A DNA stretch of 64,000 nt from Chloroflexota bacterium (GTDB lineage Bacteria; Chloroflexota; Dehalococcoidia; Dehalococcoidales; UBA2162): positions 9,773 through 73,772 of the forward strand of contig JACQGQ010000040.1 in NCBI GenBank assembly GCA_016199495.1, in the 5' to 3' direction. Positions 35,334 through 43,075 of the stretch are shown here, one piece after another. Every line of letters begins with the position of its first letter. Position 1 is the stretch's first letter. The notes under the pieces were generated by a model. That model was not told where the DNA came from. It saw only the letters and a list, made by a program, of their open reading frames with translations, and searched no databases. Made by a program: the position numbers and the translations under genes.

Positions 35334-35887
35334 TGTGGGCCCCCGCCCCTTTTTTCTGCCATCTGAGTAGCCTCTTTACCGCTGTCTCTTTTTGATAAGA
35401 TAGGGTTGTCAACAGGCCATTGAATGTTCAGCCTGGGGTCGTTCCATAGAATGGTAAACTGGCGGGCACGGTCATAATAGGTGGACTGCTTGTAGTGAAA
35501 GATTGCCATCTCGCTCAGGACGACGTGCCCGTTGCCGAACCTGGGCGGAATCAGCACCTGCCGCCGGTTCTGCTCGGACAAAGTGAATGACTCCCACTGC
35601 CCGAACTGGGGAGAAGCCTTGTCCCAGTTGACCACCACCAGGTAGAATTCTCCGTAGAGGCAGGAGACCAGTTTCCAGGTGACATCATCGCCGTGAATGC
35701 CGCGCAGAACATGTTTCGAGGAGACGGAAATATCATCCTGGACAAACTTAATATCGATTCCCGCCTCCGTGTAGAGTTTTTCATTATAGGTCTCCACGTA
35801 GCTGCCCCGGAAATCCTGAAATATAGTCGGCGGTTCTATGATTAAGACGCCGTCGAGCCGGGCTCTGGTAACCTTCACCTCACTCAT
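35330..35887 (-). CDS. RmlC-like cupin sugar-nucleotide 3,5-epimerase
   Basis: 185 aa. 'DGVLIIEPPTIFQDFRGSYVETYN', 'VQDDISVSSKHVLRGIHGD', 'LIPPRFGNGHVV'. This is the dTDP-4-dehydrorhamnose 3,5-epimerase fold pattern. Confidence 0.8.
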   Translation of the reverse strand: MSEVKVTRARLDGVLIIEPPTIFQDFRGSYVETYNEKLYTEAGIDIKFVQDDISVSSKHVLRGIHGDDVTWKLVSCLYGEFYLVVVNWDKASPQFGQWESFTLSEQNRRQVLIPPRFGNGHVVLSEMAIFHYKQSTYYDRARQFTILWNDPRLNIQWPVDNPILSKRDSGKEATQMAEKRGGGPQ

Positions 35888-35926
35888 ACCTCTCTTAAAT
35901 ACCGTACGACTCCAACTAATTCATCC

Positions 35927-36586
35927 TTAATTAAACTCTTGAACCATCTCAATTTCTTGCCTATCGACTACTTTATTGCCATCCTGGTAACCAAAATGCG
36001 GCACTAATCGGCCGGTCTGTTTGAAGCCACACTTTTCATGAAGACGCCGGGAAGCTATGTTTTCCTGTGCCAGCGTGGCGTATAGTTTCTTTAAGCCCAA
36101 CAGATGCGCCTGCTCATTGATAATGGTTTGCAGTAGAAATCCCAGCCCGCGTTTTTGAAATTCTTCTCGAACGGCCAATCCGCTCACCGGCCGTTGCGGT
36201 TGGTACCTTTTAAGCAAGCATGCCCCGATAATCTGTTTCTCCTTCAACAGGTTTAAAAATGTCCAATCATCCTCTCTTTGCCAGTCTCTTATTCTGGTTG
36301 CCAGTTCCTCTGCCGATTTAATGGGCGGATTAAAAAGCGGGTAGGGCGGCCAGAAATTCCGGGATTGCTCCGATAGACCGCGAAAGTAGAAATCAAACAG
36401 GGCTGGTGAATCCTCCACATTCAATCTTTGTAGCACCAGTCTACCCAGCGATTTATTTTCAAGAGAAATGCTTTCAATAATCCTGTCTTTAATCCGGACA
36501 TCATTAACCGTGGCTACTCCGGGGAGTCTGGCTAAGGCACTTCTTATATTCTCGGCATCAGTATTATTTGTCTTTATCATAAGCAA
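35927..36586 (-). CDS. GNAT-family N-acetyltransferase
   Basis: 'LAVREEFQKRGLGFLL' (motif A Q/RxxGxG) and 'NIASRRLHEKCGFKQTG'. Confidence 0.75.
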   Translation of the reverse strand: MLMIKTNNTDAENIRSALARLPGVATVNDVRIKDRIIESISLENKSLGRLVLQRLNVEDSPALFDFYFRGLSEQSRNFWPPYPLFNPPIKSAEELATRIRDWQREDDWTFLNLLKEKQIIGACLLKRYQPQRPVSGLAVREEFQKRGLGFLLQTIINEQAHLLGLKKLYATLAQENIASRRLHEKCGFKQTGRLVPHFGYQDGNKVVDRQEIEMVQEFN

Positions 36587-36595
36587 AGTCGTGTT

Positions 36596-37810
36596 TTAAG
36601 CGCCGGCTTTAATCATATCTATCGCCTCAAGCAGACTGGCACAAATATATAGCTCCTGCTCCTCGGTCAACAGCGGATGGAGCGGCGGGCAGAGCAGCCT
36701 CCGGCCGACGTCATCGGACACCGCCAGTCTGGGAACTCCGCATTTTTCAGCAATATAGGGCCAGCGTAAATAGGTCGGTGGGTTGGAGATGCTGCAGACG
36801 ATACCGAACTTTTCACTCATGATAGCAATAATCTTGTCTCGCTTCTCTCCGGCCCAATCAGGCTGAACCAAAATTGAATACACATAGTAAAGGTGTTCAC
36901 AATTCGGAGGCTCATAGGGCAAGATGAGTTCCGCTGTTCCGCTCAGTATTTTGCAACGCCGCTGAGCCGCCTCTCGACGCCGCCGGTTCATTTCATCGAG
37001 GCGATTGAGCTGAACCAAGCCCACGGCCGCCTGTACCTTGGTCATTTTATAGTTACTGCCCCACTCATCTTCCCCGCCGAACTGCCTGATGTTACGCAGC
37101 CGCTCAGCCACTGCCGGGTCATTAGTCGTAATCATACCACCTTCCCCCAGCGTCGTCATCAGTTTAGAGGAATAAAAGCTAAAAGCAGTCAGCCAGCCCT
37201 GTGAGCCTACCTTTGCCCCTTTATAGGTAGCGCCGCAGGCGCGGGCGGCATCACCGATGACTTTCAGGGGGCCATACCTGGGGTGAGGGTGACGTCCGGC
37301 AATATCAAGCAACTCATCCATGGGCGCCGGCAGGCCGTTCATGTGAACGGGGAAGATAGCCCGGGTGTGCCGCGTTATCCTTTTCTCCACATCCTCCGGG
37401 TCAAGGTTCAGAGTCCGGGAGTCAATATCACAGAAAACAACTTTACCCCCCTGGCCCACTATCGCTAGGTGGGCTGCCTTATAATTTACCGCCGGACTAA
37501 TGACCTCATCTCCCGGCGCCAGGTCAAGACACCTTATCGCCATATCCAGTCCCGTGCCGCAGCTGTTAATAGCGATGGCGTAGCGGGTGCCACAGTACGC
37601 GGCGAAGGCGTTTTCGAATTTTTCAATTTCTTTGGCATTCGGACCAAAACCCGTTGACCAGTCGTTTGACTTCCGTATTGCCCTGACGGCGGCATCGATT
37701 TCAGCCTCGGTGTACCAGCCACCGAGGTTCGGCTCGCCCCACCAGGGTACATTCTTGGGCTCGGGCTTGCCCCGGGCAAGAATGTCCTTTCTGATTTGAG
37801 GTTTAATCAT
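36596..37810 (-). CDS. DegT/DnrJ/EryC1/StrS-family sugar aminotransferase no. 2
   Basis: 'GDEVISPAVNYKAAHLAI', 'IFPVHMNG', 'FSFYSSKLMTTLGEGGMITTND'. Confidence 0.85.
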   Translation of the reverse strand: MIKPQIRKDILARGKPEPKNVPWWGEPNLGGWYTEAEIDAAVRAIRKSNDWSTGFGPNAKEIEKFENAFAAYCGTRYAIAINSCGTGLDMAIRCLDLAPGDEVISPAVNYKAAHLAIVGQGGKVVFCDIDSRTLNLDPEDVEKRITRHTRAIFPVHMNGLPAPMDELLDIAGRHPHPRYGPLKVIGDAARACGATYKGAKVGSQGWLTAFSFYSSKLMTTLGEGGMITTNDPAVAERLRNIRQFGGEDEWGSNYKMTKVQAAVGLVQLNRLDEMNRRRREAAQRRCKILSGTAELILPYEPPNCEHLYYVYSILVQPDWAGEKRDKIIAIMSEKFGIVCSISNPPTYLRWPYIAEKCGVPRLAVSDDVGRRLLCPPLHPLLTEEQELYICASLLEAIDMIKAGA

Positions 37811-37875
37811 TGTTCTACCGCCCTGAGGGTAAACTATTATTCTCTAAAATGCCTGAGTTCTTGGTCAGTTTTGTT

Positions 37876-38883
37876 TTAGAAACTTCTATCACCTGACTCC
37901 TCTTTGAAGTAATTCATCTTGTTGAGATATTCATCCTGGTTTTTGACAAACCAGTTCCAGGTTTCCTTCAGCCCGTCCCGCAGGCTTGTTGTTGGGTTAT
38001 AATGAATTAGCTTCTTAGCCAGAGATATATTCATCACTCTTTTGGGAAATCCCGAGGGTTTTGTCGTGTCGAATTTGTAATTAAAGTCAATAAAGCTATT
38101 TAATGTTTTCACCAGTTCCCTGATTGAATAACCCTGGCCGCTACCTAGATTTACGAAACCGGTGCCTGTTCCATGGTAAAGAGCTAAAATTACCCCTTCG
38201 GCAACATCACGGCTATAGGCGAAATCCCGTATGGCACTGCCATCTCCCCAAATCAGCACGGGGTCTTCTTTATGATAGATTCGATACATTAAAGATGGAA
38301 TAACCATAGCACTATTCGGGTCAAAATTATCCCCTGGCCCGTAAACATTGCTTGGCCTGACAATCGAAAAATTGTCCAAACCATACTGGATTTGGTAGGC
38401 TTGAATCTGTAATTCCGCCATCCTTTTCGCCCAGCCGGGGAACATATCCATTGGAGGCCCATCAGGGTTTTCGGTTTCCTCGAAAACCTCGGCGCTGGCG
38501 TAGGCACCGATGGAGCTGGTATAGACGACTTTCCTGACTTCATTGATGCGGCAGGCTTCCAGTATATTGGTGTTCATCATCAAAAGCGGTACCAGGAAAC
38601 TGGCTGGTTTAGCCGTGGTAACATCAATATTGCCCTTGATGCCAGCCAGGTGAAAAACAAACTCCATCCCCCTGGTTATATCCTGGCAGAATTCGAAGCT
38701 GGTCAGGTCGCCAAAAATATGTTTCGCTTTTTTATTGACCCTTATCTTGTCCAGCGAAACCAGGCTCACAGCGGCGCCGGCATTACACAAAATTTCTACC
38801 ACCTGTCTTCCGATGAGACCGGTGCCACCGCTGACCAGGGCATTTCTACCGAGAAAACTTCTTAAAATACCTTCTTCTATCAT
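37876..38883 (-). CDS. NAD-dependent epimerase/dehydratase-family protein (GDP-fucose-synthase/GME-like; atypical active-site motif)
   Basis: 'ALVSGGTGLIGRQV', 'YTSSIGAY', 'FPGWAKRMAE' where YxxxK is expected, 'VRPSNVYGPGDNF'. Confidence 0.7.
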   Translation of the reverse strand: MIEEGILRSFLGRNALVSGGTGLIGRQVVEILCNAGAAVSLVSLDKIRVNKKAKHIFGDLTSFEFCQDITRGMEFVFHLAGIKGNIDVTTAKPASFLVPLLMMNTNILEACRINEVRKVVYTSSIGAYASAEVFEETENPDGPPMDMFPGWAKRMAELQIQAYQIQYGLDNFSIVRPSNVYGPGDNFDPNSAMVIPSLMYRIYHKEDPVLIWGDGSAIRDFAYSRDVAEGVILALYHGTGTGFVNLGSGQGYSIRELVKTLNSFIDFNYKFDTTKPSGFPKRVMNISLAKKLIHYNPTTSLRDGLKETWNWFVKNQDEYLNKMNYFKEESGDRSF

Positions 38884-38915
38884 AGTATAACTTCCGTCTT
38901 TATCATGGTAGCACT

Positions 38916-39437
38916 CTAATACAAGTCCCCAAATTCAACCAGGATGCTTGAGCGGTCGGCTTCTAAGGCAGTGTGGTAGGCCGGTACTATGTATTTTTCA
39001 TCGTCCAACTGATAAATGTCTACGTTAGTTAGTAAGTGCTTCAACGCTTCGATATGATTTTGAGAATGTTGCGGCCCGGGATTAAGTGGCGTTGTGCTGC
39101 CAATCATTGTTCTTATGATGACCTTGGGCTTAAATTGCCCGCATGACATTTGTTCAATTTTATCTAAATGGTTTATCAGTTGATTGGTAGCTATAATCAA
39201 GAAGTCCATCCTGGGGAAGATACTGACCGGAATAAATCCTGTCAGGCTTAAGCCAATACTCATCCCCATTTGCACGTCTTCAAATACGGGCAATTCAATC
39301 CGGCGTGACTTTGATATGTTTTGCAGGGTTCCGTACATAACATGGCCTGAGTAGCGGACACTCTGGCCAAGGAAAATCACTTTCTTATTGGCGGCCAGCA
39401 TATCCATGGCTTGAGTCACTTCGTCTTTATAGTTCAT
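38916..39437 (-). CDS. Mini ThDP-enzyme beta-like subunit (E1-beta/transketolase pyrimidine-binding domain only)
   Basis: 173 aa. 'VIFLGQSVRYSG...RIELPVFEDVQMGMSIGLSLTGFIPV..FPRMDFLIIATNQLINH', 'PGPQHSQN'. It lacks the usual C-terminal domain. Confidence 0.65.
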   Translation of the reverse strand: MNYKDEVTQAMDMLAANKKVIFLGQSVRYSGHVMYGTLQNISKSRRIELPVFEDVQMGMSIGLSLTGFIPVSIFPRMDFLIIATNQLINHLDKIEQMSCGQFKPKVIIRTMIGSTTPLNPGPQHSQNHIEALKHLLTNVDIYQLDDEKYIVPAYHTALEADRSSILVEFGDLY

Positions 39438-40018
39438 CGAAAGGTCACCCAGGTGCCGACATTAATATGGGGAAACTGGCGAATATACTTATATCGTCTA
39501 ATGTCAGGTTCAGATTGCTGCCTGCCCCAGACCTCCTGCGTTGGTGTATTGGTGCTGAGGCCATTATCTTCAATGACGAATGTCATTGGCAAACCGTGCC
39601 TGGCGGCGTACTTGGTGCATTCGTGAAATAGCCCCGACTCGCCGGCCATATCCCCGACAAAAACCCAGACATGACTCTTAGACCGGTTTCTTTTGATGGC
39701 TAAAGCCACACCAAGGGCAATAGGCGGGCAGCCGCCAACTATAGAAGAGGTAAAGAAATTATGCTCCTTGTTGTTCAGCGCCATACTTCTGCCAGCTAAT
39801 ATCTCTTTTTTAACCCATTGTGGGTCGATACCTTTGAGTAAAGCGTGATAATGACTGCGATGTGTTGAGAAAACCCAATCCCTCTTCTTGATTTCTTTGA
39901 ATATTTCTATCAGGGCATCCTCATTGCCACGGCTCAAATGAACCGGTGCTCTTATCTTGGCGGCTAAAAATAAGTCCTTTATTTCTTCCTCAAAGTCGAT
40001 TAAAGCTTGCTTGTCCAT
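39434..40018 (-). CDS. Mini ThDP-enzyme alpha-like subunit (E1-alpha-type ThDP-binding domain)
   Basis: 194 aa. 'HLSRGNEDA', 'STHRSHYHALLKG', and the ThDP motif 'VFVGDMAGESG...(24 aa)...IEDNG'. It overlaps the beta-like gene by 4 nt. Confidence 0.65.
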   Translation of the reverse strand: MDKQALIDFEEEIKDLFLAAKIRAPVHLSRGNEDALIEIFKEIKKRDWVFSTHRSHYHALLKGIDPQWVKKEILAGRSMALNNKEHNFFTSSIVGGCPPIALGVALAIKRNRSKSHVWVFVGDMAGESGLFHECTKYAARHGLPMTFVIEDNGLSTNTPTQEVWGRQQSEPDIRRYKYIRQFPHINVGTWVTFR

Positions 40019-40020
40019 GA

Positions 40021-40986
40021 TTACCTTTCACTATGGTTTTTATACCACTCAATCGTTCTTTTCAGTCCTTCCCGGAAAGAAATTTCCGGGGAAAAACCCA
40101 GTAGCTTTGATGCCTTGGTAACATCTACCTGTCGTTGCTGGATTGTCATCGGTTTGGAAGAGTTATAAGTTATGGCACCGCGATACCCGGTTAGTTCCTG
40201 GATAATAGCTACTGCCTCACCAATAGTATAGAGTTGGCCGCTGGCAATGTTGCAGACGTCGAACCCGGATAGCTTTTCACAGGCAAGGAGTGCCCCCCTG
40301 ATAAAATCATCCACGTAGATAAAGTCCCTGACCACGTCAGGAGTACCCCACACCTCCAACGGGTTTTGCCTTTCTAAAAATCTTCTAATCAAAGCCGGTA
40401 AGACATGGGCTCTTTCTAAATCGAAACTGCTATAAGGGCCATAGATATTGGAGGGGCGGATGATAGTGACCTCCATCCCGTACTGCTTGAAGTAGAACTC
40501 AGCCAGTTTTTCGGCGTAACGTTTCATCCAGCCGACACCAAAATAGTTGCCCGGCGGGTCTCCTTCAAATCCCTTGTCTTCAGATATAGGAATATCTAGT
40601 TCCGGGTAAATGGCTGAACTGCTGATGAAGATGAATTTCTTAACCTTATTTTTGGCGGCTGCTTCCAACAATAATGAATTCATCAAAACATTGGGGGTAA
40701 TCTGTGCCACCGGATTAGTCGCCATCTCGTGGGCGCCAGCGGTATGAGCGGCACAGTGAAAGACATAATCAATAGCGGGCGGGATATTTGCCGAAAGGCT
40801 CAAATCGCCGGTTGACTCAAACAGGTTTGTCGTTGCCGCGGTAAAATTGCTCGGTTTATCTGGATTGAGCGAATGCGCATAAACGATGGCGCCTTTTGCC
40901 AGCAGTGCTTTCGCCAGGTTAGTGCCGACAAAGCCGGTCCTGCCTCCAGCAACAAAGACCTTTTTATTTTCGAACATTCGAGACAT
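40021..40986 (-). CDS. NAD-dependent epimerase/dehydratase-family protein (paralogue of 37876..38883)
   Basis: 'VFVAGGRTGFVGTNL', 'ISSSAIYPE', 'GVGWMKRYAE', 'IRPSNIYGP'. Confidence 0.7.
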   Translation of the reverse strand: MSRMFENKKVFVAGGRTGFVGTNLAKALLAKGAIVYAHSLNPDKPSNFTAATTNLFESTGDLSLSANIPPAIDYVFHCAAHTAGAHEMATNPVAQITPNVLMNSLLLEAAAKNKVKKFIFISSSAIYPELDIPISEDKGFEGDPPGNYFGVGWMKRYAEKLAEFYFKQYGMEVTIIRPSNIYGPYSSFDLERAHVLPALIRRFLERQNPLEVWGTPDVVRDFIYVDDFIRGALLACEKLSGFDVCNIASGQLYTIGEAVAIIQELTGYRGAITYNSSKPMTIQQRQVDVTKASKLLGFSPEISFREGLKRTIEWYKNHSER

Positions 40987-41010
40987 CTACCATTAACATC
41001 CTTAAACCAA

Positions 41011-42015
41011 TTAAGAACCCTGTAGCCTTCCCTTAAAATAATCCCGCCAGTAGTCAAGCGTGTCTGCCAAGGTTTTATCGAATTTGATAACCGGTTTCCA
41101 GCCGGTGGCTTCCGTGAACTTGTCGATGCAGGGAATCTGAAGGGTGACATCCGATGGCCTCAGGCGTTCGGGTTCAACTTTAACTTTGATATTCTTTACC
41201 TTAGCCAGGGTGAGAAGCTTATCTAACATTGCCCCCACGGTCATCGTCTCGACGCCGCCGATATTATAGACCTCGCCCGGCGGGCACTTCTCCACCAGCA
41301 GCCAGTAGGCTTTAACGGCATCCCGGACGTCGAGGAAAGTGCGGATGCTTTCCAGATTACCCACTTTAACTAGCGGCGGCGACAACTCGGCTTCAATAGC
41401 CGCAATCTGCCGGGCGAAAGTGGACTCGGCAAAGACCTCTCCTCGCCGCGGCCCGGTGTGAGTGAACATGCGGGTTCTGATTGTCTTAATCCGCCAGGAA
41501 AGCCAGTATTGAAAAGCCAGCATATCCTCGGCTACTTTGCTGACAGCGTAGGGTGAAGCCGGCCGGAAAGGGTTTTTTTCTTTTATCGGAACCTCATTCT
41601 TTCTGACCTGCCCGTAGACTTCGGAGGAGCTACAGATATGAATTATCGGGTCGTAGCCGGAGCTGTTCTTTAGCTCTCTGACCGCTTCCAGTAGGTTACA
41701 GGTGCCAATGACATTGGTACTCAGTGTCGCCACCGGCGCCGTGAAACTGAAGGGAACGTAGGACTGGGCCGCCAGGTGAAAGATAACATCCGGTTTTTGT
41801 TTGGAAAGAACGGCTATCAGGGAGGGTAGGTCCTGTAAATCACCGGGCTCGAGGGTGATTTTATCAAGGATATGCTGGATATTGTCTTTCGGCGCCCGCC
41901 ATCGGGCTAAACCTGAAATCTGGACATCAGGGGAATCTGCCAGAATAAAATCAGCCAGGTGACTGCCGACAAAGCCGGTGATGCCGGTTATCAAAACCCT
42001 TTTAATCTCTGCCAT
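41011..42015 (-). CDS. GDP-mannose 4,6-dehydratase / Rmd-family sugar-nucleotide dehydratase-reductase
   Basis: The ATG at 42015 (MAEIKRVLITGITGFVGSHL) is preferred over the track start at 42087, which lies inside the upstream gene. 'CSSSEVYG', 'SPYAVSKVAED', 'RMFTHTGPRRGEVF'. Confidence 0.75.
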   Translation of the reverse strand: MAEIKRVLITGITGFVGSHLADFILADSPDVQISGLARWRAPKDNIQHILDKITLEPGDLQDLPSLIAVLSKQKPDVIFHLAAQSYVPFSFTAPVATLSTNVIGTCNLLEAVRELKNSSGYDPIIHICSSSEVYGQVRKNEVPIKEKNPFRPASPYAVSKVAEDMLAFQYWLSWRIKTIRTRMFTHTGPRRGEVFAESTFARQIAAIEAELSPPLVKVGNLESIRTFLDVRDAVKAYWLLVEKCPPGEVYNIGGVETMTVGAMLDKLLTLAKVKNIKVKVEPERLRPSDVTLQIPCIDKFTEATGWKPVIKFDKTLADTLDYWRDYFKGRLQGS

Positions 42016-43075
42016 AGCTTTTGTCCCATTCGGCGGTGCTGATAACATACTCTTCCAGGGTATCCTGCCCCAGCCCCCAGTTCTCATCGTTAAAGATATA
42101 GGGGTGCTTGCCGGCTACAATATCCCTGGCGATTCTCCGATACTCGGCAAAGTGTAGAGTAGGTATGCCATCGACACTGCCCTTTAATTTATAGCCGAAG
42201 GTCGTCAGCAGGATGCGGTAGGCTCTCAGTATGAGATTGTTGAAGTGTTCTGGTAAGAAGGGTAATGTCAACCAGTTTTCCAAGGGTAGCCCGTTCCCGT
42301 GAGACCTTTCGGTAAACTTGCCGCTATGGTCGATGTGGTAAAGTCGCAAGGGCTCTTTCAGCACGACTTCACGCAACCCAACCGCGTAAGTAATATAACA
42401 AAATAGCCCATCACCATAGGCCGCGATAATTTGGGCTTCACGATACCCACGTAGCAAATGCCAGTTCCGTCGTGACATGAGTTGAAAATCCCCGGCGGCA
42501 TTGGTATGTAAGTAAGGTAATTTTTCCCGCTTTGCCGGGGGACCCTGGTCATTGATTTGAATGATATTGCTCCGGCAATAATCTAACTGTTCCTGAAGCG
42601 TATCGCATTGAATGATATTTCTATCAACATCACAGCGGTCGATACGGTAACACTCGTCTTCCTTCAGGCCTCTTGCGGCGATATAAGATATCAATTCATT
42701 CGAATAAATCAAATCAATAGCACCGGGCAATACGAACTGTCCTCGAGACCGCCTGATTCCACTGTTAATAGCGACCACTCTATGCATTGGTATTTTGCCC
42801 GAATATTCATACCTCTGATGAATTGATGGGGGTACAATGATGATACGGATGGTACAATACTTCAGATGGTTGGGCCATTGAAGGACTTCTTTCAGCAAGG
42901 GACGGTCGGTGGGGGGATTCCAATCTACCAGGATTAGCTCCGATTCAATACGGTGTTCCTCCAGTTGCTGCAAAAGACTTCTGAGAGACACCTGTGTACG
43001 CCGCAAGGTATTACCACCATGCGCATCATTACGGGAGGCGATAATAATGCTCAAATATAGATTTTCTTTAACCAT
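42002..43075 (-). CDS. Putative GT-A-like glycosyltransferase (uncharacterised family)
   Basis: 357 aa. 'LSIIIASRNDAHGGNTLRR...ELILVDWNPP' resembles a GT2-type N-terminus, but the remainder is unassigned. Confidence 0.4.
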   Translation of the reverse strand: MVKENLYLSIIIASRNDAHGGNTLRRTQVSLRSLLQQLEEHRIESELILVDWNPPTDRPLLKEVLQWPNHLKYCTIRIIIVPPSIHQRYEYSGKIPMHRVVAINSGIRRSRGQFVLPGAIDLIYSNELISYIAARGLKEDECYRIDRCDVDRNIIQCDTLQEQLDYCRSNIIQINDQGPPAKREKLPYLHTNAAGDFQLMSRRNWHLLRGYREAQIIAAYGDGLFCYITYAVGLREVVLKEPLRLYHIDHSGKFTERSHGNGLPLENWLTLPFLPEHFNNLILRAYRILLTTFGYKLKGSVDGIPTLHFAEYRRIARDIVAGKHPYIFNDENWGLGQDTLEEYVISTAEWDKSYGRD

